From contig NC_043000.1 in NCBI RefSeq assembly GCF_006345805.1, positions 5,890,001 to 5,954,000 on the forward strand: DNA of 64,000 nucleotides, in the 5' to 3' direction. The translations under genes were made by a program, and so were the position numbers. The notes under the pieces are model-generated. The model was not told the origin of the DNA, made no database searches, and saw only the letters and a list, made by a program, of their open reading frames with translations. Positions 23,677 to 35,115 of the stretch are shown in pieces. This DNA comes from Octopus sinensis (Eukaryota). How positions within the stretch are numbered: position 1 is the stretch's first letter; every line of letters starts with the position of its first letter.

Positions 23677-24460
23677 AAGACCGGTTGAGGCAAGCGAAGT
23701 CGATATAGAACCTCATCCGACGACAGACACCCATCCCAACCCCCATGCTTGCGAAGACATGTTGGGGCAAGCGAAATCGAAATCGAAATCGAAACCGAAT
23801 TGAACCAGCCAGGATCCCTGGCCTGGTGGTACGTAAAAAGCACTATCCGACTCGGGCCGTGGCACGTAAAATACTCCAATGCGACCGTACGACAGGCACC
23901 CATGCCAACCCCCTTGCTTGTGAAGACATGTTGGGGCAAGCGAAATCGAAATCGAATTGAACCAGCCAGGATCCCTGGTCTGGTGGTACGTAAAAAGCAC
24001 TATCCGACTCGTGGCCGTGGCACGTAAAATACTCCAATGCGACCGTACGACAGGCACCCTTGCCAACCCCTTTGCTTGTGAAGACATGTTGGGGCAAGCG
24101 AAATCGAAATCGAATTGAACAGCCAGGATCCCTGGTCTGGTGGTACGTAAAAAGCACTATCCGACTCGTGGCGATGCCAGCACCGCCTCGACTGGCTTCC
24201 GTGCCGGTGGCACATAAAATACACCAATCTGACTGTGGCGTTGCCAGCCCCGCCTGGCACCTGTGCAGGTGGCACGTAAAAAGCACCCACTACACTCACG
24301 GAGTGGTTGGCGTTAGGAAGGGCATCCAGCTGTAGAAACATTGCCAAATTAGACTGGAGCCTGGTGCAGCCTTCTGGCTTCCCAGAACCCCGGTCGAACC
24401 GTCCAACCCATGCTAGCATGGAGAACGGACGTTAAACGACGATGATGATGATGATGATGA
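23677..24460 (+). mobile_element. RTE 3' UTR-derived insertion with ~160-bp tandem triplication and (GAT)n tail
   Basis: The marker gaagacatgttggggcaagcg recurs at 23753, 23922 and 24080 (periods 169 and 158, varying by CGAAAT copies). It is followed by the conserved aagcacccactacactc..ggacgttaaacgacgatgat tail. Confidence 0.8.
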
Positions 24461-24461
24461 T

Positions 24462-25078
24462 TTAAATTTATGCGTATCTGGCATCAGAATTTTTCTTCTG
24501 CCCTTATCTTGTAAATTATGTATAAATTTTACCTTTAAAGGTATTTTTTGATATGCTGGCCATTGATAAAATTTTTTTCCCGAAAAAAATTTTATCCTAT
24601 ATTAATTATAAATAGATTAGGGTTCACTTCCGGATTCTGTCACTCTGTAAAAGTTTCTAGTTCGAATCACATGTGTCTCAAGGTGTGCCGAAGATTTTTC
24701 TATTTGGATATATTTGGGGTACTTAAGTCTGCTCGGGACTTGGTGCTTGCTTCTTCTGTGGGTATGAATAAGTATTTCATTTATATCTCGCGTATTTGCC
24801 GCTGAAGAGGGGAAAATTTCTTATGAATTAACCCCGAAATTGGACCAATACGGTAATAACGAATTTTTTAGAGATTTCTATCGGTTTGTTTCGAGACGCA
24901 TAAATTTAATGGTTATCGACAATTTTTTGTTTCCGCGTATCTGGCATCAGAATTTTTCTTCTGCCCTTATCTTGTAAATTATGTATAAATTTTACCTTTA
25001 AAGGCATTTTTTTGATATGCTGGCCATTGATAAAATTTTTTTCCCGAAAAAAATTTTATCCTATATCAATTATAAATA
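24462..25078 (+). mobile_element. Penelope-like/retrozyme-like non-autonomous element: 463-bp unit plus 143-bp partial tandem repeat
   Basis: Direct repeat 24472-24614 vs 24935-25078. The 5' 14 nt (24462-24475) are the reverse complement of 24896-24909. Internal hammerhead. Ends in (TA)n. No recognisable ORF. Confidence 0.75.
24793..24858 (+). ncRNA. Type I hammerhead ribozyme (intact core)
   Basis: GCCG-[CTGAAGA 24802-24808]-GGGG..19 nt..CCCC-[GAAA 24836-24839]-TTGG A CCAA-[TA]-CGGT. Helix I is GCCG/CGGT, extendable by TATT/AATA. Helix II is 4 G-C pairs. Helix III ATTGG-A-CCAAT is quasi-palindromic. Predicted cleavage after A24850 (AUA triplet). Confidence 0.85.
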
Positions 25079-25629
25079 TATATATATATATATACACACA
25101 TACATATGATGGGCTACTTTCAGTTTCCATCTACCAAATCCACTCACAAGGCTTTAATCGGCCCAAGGCTATAGTAGAAGACACTTGCCAAAGATGCCAA
25201 ACAGCGAGACTGAACCCGGAACCATGTGGTTAGGAAGCAAGTTTCTTACCACAAAGCCACGTGAGTGTGTGTCTTTGTGCTTGCATTTGTCCCTAACAAC
25301 CAATGTTGGTGTGTTTACATCCCCCATAACTGAGCAGTTTAGCAAAAGAGAGTAAGTACTAGGCTTACAAAGAATAAGTCTTGGGGTCGATTTCTTCAAC
25401 TAAAAATCCCTTTAAGGTGGTGCTCCAGCATGGTCGCAGTCAAATGACAGAAACAAGTAAAAGAATAAAAGAATATATATATATGTATACATTCTTTTAT
25501 TCTCTTACTTGTTTCAGTCATTGTTTTTTACTTGTTTCAGTAATTTCGCACATGTGCATTGTTTGTTTTTGATTTTGTCAACTACACAGTATAGTAGGGT
25601 CAGTTGGGCACTGTCTGTGAGAAAAACAG

Positions 25630-25985
25630 CCTCCATTCATCTTCCCACGTGGCCTCAGACTCAAGACGGAGGCTTAGACTAAGTGCCCAGAGGAAGTAGT
25701 GCTGCCATGGGTGAAGAGGATGGTTGCTGGAAGGCTCTATGTCTGGCAACAGGACTCTGCACCATCCCACACAAGCTGGAGAATCCACTCATGGCTGTCA
25801 GAAAATTTCTGCAGTTGGGCTAGGGACCAACAAAACTCTTTGTAACACCAAAGATGAACTGAAGGCAAGGATTAGGACAGCATTCACCAACATAAACAAG
25901 GAGACTCTCTAGAAGAGTTGCAGGAGATTCCGAAGTCATCTGGAGGCCATGGTTGAAGCTAATGGCAATTTTATTGAATAAATTT
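25630..25985 (+). mobile_element. Tc1/mariner (maT/DD37D-like) transposase C-terminal fragment
   Basis: VVLPWVKRMVAGRLYVWQQDSAPSH...KDELKARIRTAF...RRFRSHLEAMVEANGNFIE*. Confidence 0.75.
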
Positions 25986-26535
25986 ACAACAGTTTATTCA
26001 CTGTACTCTGTATAAATAAATGAATATATATATATATATGTATATATCTATCAATCTATCTATCTATCTATCTATCTATTTTTCTGTCTGACTGTCTGTC
26101 TATCTATCTATCTATCTATCTATTATATATATATATGCCAGTACCGCCTCACTGGCCCTCATATATCCAATATACTGCTAGTGAAGTACCCAACAAGGTT
26201 AATACATAAATGTTACGGATTGCGATGCAATCAATTCATTTACTGTATTATATGGGCAAAGGTAAAATGTTTTACCACAAATCTATATCTATATCTATAT
26301 TTATATTTATATTTACTTATATTTATATTCTCCTATATATATTCTACTTATTGTATAACATTACTCTTTTATGTACACTTTTTTATGTACACTGTTTTGT
26401 TCTACTTTATTATGTTTGTCCTTACAGTTTCTTATGTGGTGGTTTAATAAAGTATGTGATTGAGTATTATCTGGTAATTGATATTTGATTTAGATGTATT
26501 TCTCCATTTTCTTATTTTGTGTGTGTGTGTGTGTG

Positions 26536-26616
<81 letters not shown>

Positions 26617-26676
26617 TATATATATTTATATATATATATATTTATATATATATATATTTATATAAAAATAAAAGGA

Positions 26677-26910
26677 GGGTGAGCTGGCAGAAACGTTAGC
26701 ACACCGGGCGAGACGCTTAGTGGTATTTCGTCTGCCGTTACGTTCTGAGTTCAAATTCCGCCGAGGTTGACTTTGCCTTTCATCCTTTCGGGGTCGATAA
26801 ATTAAGTACAAGTTATGCACTGGGGTTGATGTAATCGACTTAATCCCTTTATCTGTCGTTGTTTGTCCCCTCTATGTTTAACCCCTTGTGGGCAATAAAG
26901 AAATAAGAAA
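26677..26910 (+). mobile_element. Third SINE family (family C, gctggcagaaacgttagc head)
   Basis: B-box-like GAGTTCAAATTCC and gcctttcatcctttcggggtcgataaattaagtac core. Other copies at 21972-22368, 10050-10240, 9000-9090, 7640-7760 and 9650-9765 (-). Confidence 0.8.
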
Positions 26911-29312
26911 TATAATATATCTGAAACAACAGATATATCCATCACATCTGATAGTGTGGAAGACTGAAACAAGTCTAGTTGAACTAGGAAGTAACCAGGG
27001 GCCTACACAACAACAGTAAGTGAATTAAATTTACTTCATTTCATAAGTCATACTTCTTTCATACATTAGTAATCCTTTTTTTCTTCATATTTAAAACTGT
27101 TGTTTTGTCTTATGAAGAAGCAAGAGTGTAAGTGTTTAAACATTTCTACGAACAGTGAAACCCTTTTGAAAATAGATCCTGGTTCTCTTCATGTTTTAGG
27201 AGTTGAAGTTTGAAATGGCACCCAACTGCTTGATTTTGTAAGGTTTAGGGTAAAATGTCAGGATGAAGAAAAACTAAAAAGAAAAAGCAATCTATTTACC
27301 CTTTAATATTTAGATTACTCTGTCAAAGATAATGCTTATTTATTCACATTGTTTTGGAATTAATCATGTACGAACTTGTAGCTTCAAGATTTTATTGATG
27401 TGATTGTTTATTTTTAAGAATGACATTAGGATAGACTTAAGAGGCCAGATCTGGTCAGTTTGAACATGAAATAGGTTGAATATTTTGGCCAAATACGGCC
27501 GGTTTAAATGCTAAAGGGTTAAGGTTCACTTTATTATGTTTGCATGGCTCAGAGGGAATTCGTTGAAGCAGATTTTCTACATCTGGGTGCCCTTCCTGTT
27601 GCTAACCCTCACCTGTTTTCAAGCATGTTAATATTTCTCATGGTCAGACATGTTTTCACAGATTGGAAATAGAGGATGCCACTTGTATGACATTGATGCT
27701 CATTTACTACTGTTGTGTCTACACTCTCAGAGTGGTTAGCGTTAGGAAGGGCATCCAGCTGTAGAAACTCTGCCAAATCAAGATTGGAGCCTGGTGCAGC
27801 CATCTGGTTCGCCAGTCTTCAGTCAAATCGTCCAACCCATGCTAGCATGGAAAGCAGACGTTAAAAGATGATGATGATATGATGTGTGATGTCAAGACAA
27901 AGAGACACAAGAACACATACATGCATCACCTGGCACAAAGCCACCTCCCTCTTCAGTTGAGGGGTTTTTTTGCCTTGCAAGTTACTTGGTGACCTCACTG
28001 CTGTAAGGATCACATAAAAATCACCCAGTACACTCTGTAAAGTGTCTGGCATTAGGAAAGGCATCCAGCTGTAGAAACCATACCAAAGCAGACAGTAGAA
28101 TTTGGTGCAGTTCTCTGGCTTACTTGACTCCTGACAAACCGCCTGACCTATGTCAACACGGAAAATGGATGGCAAATAATGACGATGATGTTGATGATGA
28201 CAGGCTTCTTTCAGTTTCCGTCAACTAAATCCACTCTCAAGACCTTGACTGGCCATACCTGTGCTTATGCATATAAAATAAATAAGATATTATAAATCTA
28301 TTATATACTAAAAAAGTATTTCAATCCGTGAAACATTTTTCTATTCATTTGAATAACTCAAAAGATTTCTGACACTGATAATTATATATTCATGTTTGAT
28401 ATTTGTTTATTGTTGTTATTAAAAGAGAAATCTCAGTGATGATTTATTTTTAGGCTGGGTGTTCTTATCAACTGTTATTTTCCCAATGTAAAGTAGACAA
28501 CGGTCTATTTTCGGTTTTATCTCTATACCTGCAAGATGAGTAAAGTGTCTTGTCTAAGGATACGGGTATTGCCTGTAGAAGTGTTGGAACATTTGAACTT
28601 TTTCTCTCATGTGACAACATAACAACCTTTGTTAATAATTACAATTGCTTATACTGGCTGGTTGTATTTTTTTAATGATCGATATCCGTATGGTAACAAA
28701 TAATCAACAAATGTTTTAATTTCATATAAGCAAAATAAGAAAATAATTATATTAATTTTCTTAATGATTAGCAATCTGACGGATATAGTTCGTCAAAAAA
28801 AAAAAGCGAAATAGCGTATATTGATTTATTAATTATACAAAAAAAAAATAATTATAATTCAACAAATTCTATTAATTCGTTTTGCCTATTTACTTTCAGT
28901 CTAAGTTAGAAACAATTCTTTGGATTAATGGTTTTTAAAAGTGAGGGTTTATTTTTAGATTCTGAGATTAAGCGAATAACGGAATACCGTTAGTTTTGTA
29001 TTCTGCTTTATTCCCAACGCACCGTCATTATTTTTGTGGTTCCGAACTAATGAGGAGGAGAGTGTGATGTCGTCGCTTGTATGGGTTTTGCCACCACCGC
29101 TTTTTTTTCAGGGAGGGCTTAATGGGATGTTCTGCTACTTTCGAGCTTCCCCTTTCTTCAAGATCAGTTGAAATCACATAAAAAATATCAATATACCCCA
29201 GATAAGTGTAGATAAGTGAAATAAGTGAAAAAAACTGGTGGTTTGTGTGTTTGAAAGAGGTTTGGAAAGTGAGTTGCTTCCTCCGTCCATGGTAGCATGG
29301 GATGTTGACATC

Positions 29313-29571
29313 ATGGGTAAACTGAAGTGTTTCGAAATCTACTTGGACAGTAACAAGTCTGTTTACCATCCAGGAGAGAGGGTTACCGGTCAGGTAATCG
29401 TAGAACTGAAAGGGGACATGAAAATGCGATCCCTTCGCGTATTTATGCGTGGAGTGGCGAAGGTCCATTGGACGGAATCTCGCAGTACTGGCAGCAGACT
29501 TGGTTCCTACACAGAACACTACAATGCCGAAGTGGAGTACTTCTTCAAGAGACAGGTCTTGTTCGGCGGAG
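29313..29571 (+). CDS. First coding exon of an arrestin domain-containing protein (alpha-arrestin, ARRDC2/3/4-like), Arrestin_N domain start
   Basis: Translation MGKLKCFEIYLDSNKSVYHPGERVTGQVIVELKGDMKMRSLRVFMRGVAKVHWTESRSTGSRLGSYTEHYNAEVEYFFKRQVLFGG matches the alpha-arrestin N-terminal pattern (Y..G..V.G.V....RG.AKV.WTESR...Y..E.EYF). Strong Kozak context (acatcATGg). Ends at G|GTAGAT, a phase-1 donor at 29572, followed by a pyrimidine/AT-rich intron. An alternative in-frame ATG lies at 29289. The exact paralogue cannot be assigned. Confidence 0.92.
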
Positions 29572-30559
29572 GTAGATATATATATTGTTTCCTTCTTTCC
29601 TAATTTCCTCTTCTTGTATTATTTATTTATTTTTATTCTCTGTGCTTCTTCTTCTTTTGACTTTCATTGTGACCTCATTCAAGTGAGTCGTCTCTTTACG
29701 AAATTTCCTTATTAGAAATCACTTAAGAAACAACAAATATCTGCCTCTCTCTATCTATATATACACACACGTATGTATATACATTTATAAATATATGTAT
29801 ATACACAGCTATGGATATATAGAGAGAGGTATTTTCTACGTCTGTGTCTACAAGAAGGCGCATAATTGTTACAGACGCAAATCCAAACATTTCTGTTTAT
29901 ATTTTTCTGTAATTCTTGTTGGTTTCTGTTTAATTAAAAAAAGTATGTCGTGAAATCACGATTAATAAAAACTTTCCCCCTTTTCTCCCCGTCGAGCGAA
30001 AATTAGCCTCTTAAATATTTTATTAATTAATTAGATAGATGATCATCGAAGACAGTTTTGAGTTGTTCACAGCGGAAATGTGTACCCGACATCCACCCGA
30101 GCCTTCAGAAGTGGAGAGAAAAACAGTGGAATATGGCTGCATTCGACTGTTTTGGTTGGCTTTTTCACGCTTTTCCGTTGAAAAAATCATTCTTCTTCCA
30201 TTCATTAATTACATCTCATCCTTCACAAATTTAAAAAACCTCTTTCCCCAATTTTACTATAATTACTAATTTACTGATCAAATACCAACGATTATTCTCT
30301 GCCTTAATTACAACAAACAAAACCCAATTAACAACCACAGCAACAATAACTAAAGCAACACCAAAAACGATTTCTCGAAAAATATTTACCAACATTTTTA
30401 TTATTAATTGTAGAAGCTTTGCTTCTTGGAATGCTTCTTCTCTTGTTGGGTTTTGGGCTGAGAAGATTTCTTCCCAAATAATCGCCTCAAAATAAATTTA
30501 CCTGATCTTTCAACCGTTCGATCTAATGCTAATTCTTCCTCTGACATCCAGTTCGATAA

Positions 30560-30950
30560 CATACATACATGTGTGTGTGTGTGTGTGTGTGTGTATAATA
30601 TATATGTATGTATGTGTGTGTGTATAATATATATATATATGTATGTATGTTTGTATGTGTGTGTATATAATATATATGTATGTGTGTGTGTGTGTGTGTA
30701 ATATATATATGTATGTGTGTGTATAATATATATATATATGTGTGTGTATAATATATATGTATGTATGTGTGTGTGTATATAATATATATATGTATGTATG
30801 TGTGTGTGTATATATATATATGTATGTGTGTGTGTATAATATATATGTATGTATGTGTGTAATATATATGTATATGTGTGTGTGTGTATAATATATATAT
30901 ATGTATGTATGTATGGGTGTGTGTGTATACACAAGCATATATACACACTA
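30560..30950. repeat. Compound (TG)/(TA) microsatellite with recurring gtataatatatat motif
   Basis: Read directly. It explains the H/T/Y/I-rich ORFs. Confidence 0.95.
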
Positions 30951-32914
30951 TTTTATTTTACAAACGGGTGAAAGCTAGAGTAATTTAACTAATTCCTGTA
31001 GTATTCTGTAGTAAATATGTACGATACGTGATATATATATATTTACTTGTTTCAGTCATTTGACTGCGGCCATGCTGGAGCACCGTCTTTAGTCGAGCAA
31101 ATCGAGGAATCCCAGGACTTATTCTTTTTAAGCCCAGTACTTATTCTATCAGTCTTGGTGTTAAATTGATGGTACTATTAAATTAGTATCCAATTTTCTC
31201 ACCCTTATTAGTTTATATATATTATATATATATATCTATCTGTATGTGTATCATGTGCGTACATATGTATATAATGTATATGCATACATAATATATGCAT
31301 GCAAATTATATATACATACTATATATACATACTCGGGCGCACACACGCACCAAGGTACATGCACACGTATTTGTGTGTGTCTGTTATATATTCACATACG
31401 TGCATACTATTGTTTATAGAATGCTCGGGTGTTGCTTAACCCCCAAAAACCTGTGAATGTGATCAACCCCGAATATACCCGTCTTCTATTTCACTTATAG
31501 TCGTTTATTGGACTACATAAAATCTCTAAATATATCTTTCTCTTTTGAAGACGGTTCGGGTGTGATTCTTGAGGGAAATTCTGCTTCTGTTTCTAGCAGA
31601 TCGGTCGACCACCTAGACTTCCTCCAACCTTACCTTTAATTTGAAAAGGTGTGCAACAGCAATATGTCGAGCTGGTATTTTACAACCCCCACCTAATTTT
31701 TATATGTATGTATGTATGTGTATATATGTATATATACACACACTCATATGTATAATCTAATTTAATATTCTATGCATTTTCTCTTATTAATTATAGGGGA
31801 TTTTTTTTTTTTTTTTTGGTTTTCGTGGTTTGTTAAATGTCTATTGCGTTTCTCGATTCTGATTTGAAATAAATTGTTTTGAATCTGTCAAATATGAAAA
31901 CAGGAAACATCCTTGTTGGGCGTTGCAGTATTTGTTGTTTGTGTGACTGAGTTTAATAAACAGGAATTTGTCGGTTGAAGCATTCGTGTGTGTGTGTGTG
32001 TGTATGTGTGTCTATGTGTGTGTGTGTGTGTGTACTGAAAACACACAATGCGGAGCTGTGACAAGAAATATTTGATTTTCAATGTGCATCATCTGATTTT
32101 GTGTGTGCGTCTTATTTATCTCCCTGTATTTTCTCCTAACCCTTCTACACACACACACACTTTATATAGTGGTATATAGAAGGAGGGGCGCAGTTGAATT
32201 GGTGGTGGTGGTGGAGGGAAACGACGGGGGTTATTCTAAGGTGCCTGAGGCTGGCTTCCGTATCCTTTGCAACGTCGAGAGGCTTCCTCATCATCAGCTA
32301 TTCCAGCCTCCATACTACTGGGGCTCTCGTCTATTAGGTTGTTTGTGCTTTCTCTTTCCTGCATCGGAACCGAACATGGATGATAAACAACAGACACATT
32401 AAACCTAGAGGCCCTTGATAGCCACTCTTCCCAGAAGATCCTTTCAGTCACCCGGTCAGACAAGATTACTTGCACACACACATAAGATACGCGCTTGCGG
32501 TGGGGGGGGGGATGTTTATATGTTTGTATATGTGTGTGTGTGTGCATGTATGTGTGGGGTGCGTGCATGTGTGTGGGGTGTGTGCGCGTGCATGCGTACT
32601 TGTGAAACCTGAGGTCATCTATCAATTACTCTCCCCTTTTCCACTTTCTCAGTACAACAGCAATACCTAACCCCCACTAGTTTAGATACCTAGACAGCAT
32701 CGATGGTATCTAAATTCCAGTGATTGCACTCTGGTGAGGATATTCTAAAACGACCTGCTGTACACTTCCCATATCCTTTTGAAGGCTGAGAGAGTCTTTC
32801 TAAACAATCACCTCAAGCCACCAGACTAAGTTCTTCATCTGTTAGACTATATTCACTCTCTTCAATGGATTCAGAACATAAATGACATACAGCAAATGCA
32901 TTGAGACTCTGGAG

Positions 32915-33313
32915 TAGTGGTTCAGTTCTCAACTGGGGTCCAAATGGCCCTTGGGTGGTGGTACATATAAGATTTTGTTAAAATTTATGTGCAATAAATG
33001 GGTTATACTTCTTCAATACCGTAACTTAGTGGTTTGGTAAAAGAGATTGATAGAATAAGTACTAGGCTTACAAAGAATAAGTCCTGGGGTCGATTTGCTC
33101 AACTGCATGGCCGCAGTCAAATGACTGAAACAAGTAAAAGAGTTAAGAGTAATACACAAAATATTTTAACAGTATTTTTATACAATTCCTAATGGTATTT
33201 AATTATTAAAATGTAATAGAATTTTTTAAACATTGAATGGCTAAGAGGGTTCCACCTGAGTAAAAATAGAAATCAAAGGGGGTCCATATGTAGAAAATGG
33301 TTGAGGACCATTG
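32915..33313. mobile_element. hAT (Charlie-type) MITE containing a SINE 3' fragment
   Basis: Termini tagtggttc..ctcaac / ggttgaggaccattg. Degenerate TSD ctctggag / ccctagag. Family A tail fragment at 33020-33150. Confidence 0.55.
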
Positions 33314-33609
33314 CCCTAGAGGCCTGTAATATGCAGTCTCTCCTGAAGATACTCTCAATCACCTGGCCAAATAAGATTACTTACACAGCCAAATCCTCTG
33401 CTGCATTAAATCCACATGAAACAGGCATTAATTAAGATGGCTGAAACATGTAGGATAAGTGTGTGACTCAAACTTCTAAAGGTTCTTCTACAGCCACCCA
33501 TGTCATTGTTAATGGTTGCTGGAGGTACAAGGAAGTAGTTTAACCCTTCAGCATTCAGATTACTTCATCAAATATGAGGTGGTGTTAGAAGTTTCTGGAC
33601 TAGTTCTGG

Positions 33610-34615
33610 AGTCTGTGATTTTGTCATGTCAGGAATAAAGGGCCAACGCGAACTTTTGCGTTAAACTTGGGAAGTCTGCTACAGAGACATTGAGCATGCT
33701 TTGGCAAACTTATGGTGATGAGGTAACTAGTCATATGCAGTGTTTTAAGTGGCATGGGTGCTTCGAAAGCAGAAGAATGTCTCTGGAAGATGATGAGTGA
33801 TCTAGAACTGCCACAAGCATCACCTTCGGAAATGTAGTATTGTGCATCAGGAATTCATCCCCCAGGGCCAGACCATCAATCGAGAGTTCTACTGTGACAT
33901 TTTGAAGTGTTTGAGGGAGGATATTCAGCAAAATGACTAGATCTGTGGAGCATGGAGAATTTGATTCTTCATGACAACAATTCTCCCTGTCACTGATCTC
34001 ACCAAAAACAACATGGTATCATTTCAGTACCTGCCCTATTTGCCAGATTTAGCATCTGCAGACTTCCATCTCTTCCCAAAGAGGCACATGGCCTAATGGT
34101 TGGAGCAGCGGACTCACGGTCGAGGGATCGCGGGTTCGAATCTCAGACCGGGCGATGTGTGTGTTTATGAGCAAAACACCTACGCTCCACGCGGTTCCAG
34201 CAGAAGGTAATGGTGAACTTCTGCTGACTCTTTCGTCACAACTTTCTCTCACTCTTTCCTCCTGCATCTAGCAGCTCACCTGCGATTGACTGGGAAACTG
34301 GCCCAATATGAGCCAGGCATGGCTTGAGAAGGAACAAGAACAAAGATGAAAATGCAGCTCAAAGGTCACCATTTTAAAACCTTTGTTGAGATTCAGAGTG
34401 AATCGCAGAAGGTCTTCAACTTGCTTATAGAAAACAACTTCCAGGCTGGATTCCAAAAGTGGCAGGAATGCTGGGACTGGTATATTGCAGAGGAAGGTGA
34501 CTGTTTCAAAGGATGTTTAAGCGTAGGCAACCCATGCTAGCATGGAAAACGGACGCTAAACGATGATGATGATGATGATGATGAACCATTCTGGGAACTC
34601 TTTGATACCAACTCA
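33610..34615 (+). mobile_element. Degenerate mariner (DD34D-type) transposase
   Basis: FCVKLGKSATETLSMLWQTYGDE (HTH), EFIPQGQTIN..YC, LHDNNSPCH, YLPDLASADFHLFPK (YSPDLAP-like), LKGHHF..FQKWQECWDWYIAEEGDCF. Confidence 0.85.
34081..34345 (+). mobile_element. tRNA-SINE (family D-related head) inserted into a mariner transposase
   Basis: TGGCCTAATGG A box and GGTTCGAATCT B box. Flanked by caaaga on both sides (possible TSD). Splits the transposase at FHLFPK|MKMQLKG. Confidence 0.8.
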
Positions 34616-34894
34616 TATAATGTTTATTCACATTGTTTTGAATTAATCCTGCATTATCTCTGAGCTCCATGATTTTAATGAAATGACTGTTTATTTCTAG
34701 AATGACATTGTAGGCTCAGTATGAAAGGCTGGGTGTATCCGGCATGAATATAAAACAGGTAAAAATGTATTGGTCAGATACAGCTAAAGGGTTAAATAGC
34801 AGCTGAAGACTGATCACTTTGAAGAGGAGCAAAATAAGTCCCCCCACAGGAGTGGTAGTCATTACAATCTGTCTTTTCTTTGGCAGTCCCTTAA

Positions 34895-35115
34895 CCCTTT
34901 AGCATTTAAACTGGCCATATACGGCCAAAAGTATTCGGCCTGTTTTATGTTCAAACTGGCCAGATCTGGTCTCTCACACCAATCCTACAATGTCGTTTTC
35001 AAAATTAACAGCAAACTCATCAAAATCTCATAGCTACAAGATAATGCATGATTAGTTCAAAACAAAGTGGATGAAAAAGCATTAATCTTGGCAGAATAAT
35101 GCAAACACTAAAGGG
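34895..35115. mobile_element. piggyBac-like MITE (second subfamily)
   Basis: TTAA|CCCTTTAGCATT...CTAAAGGG|TTAA. Related copies at 1609-1829 and 27299-27518. Confidence 0.75.

Noticed and set aside
26160-26285. IYCII motif suggestive of a GIY-YIG N-terminus
   Set aside because: It is too short, has no YIG motif downstream and runs straight into low-complexity DNA.
29028-29519. 163-aa minus-strand ORF overlapping the arrestin exon
   Set aside because: It is the antisense shadow of the real exon and has no recognisable domain.
32236-32470. Minus-strand ORF segment SDRVTERIFWEEWLSRASRF...
   Set aside because: Its start lies in a microsatellite, there are no splice signals or known motif, and it is likely a decayed repeat.
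34081-34150. tRNA gene candidates (also 38252, 60536 and family A heads)
   Set aside because: A/B boxes are present, but there is no complete cloverleaf or acceptor stem, and each continues into a SINE body.
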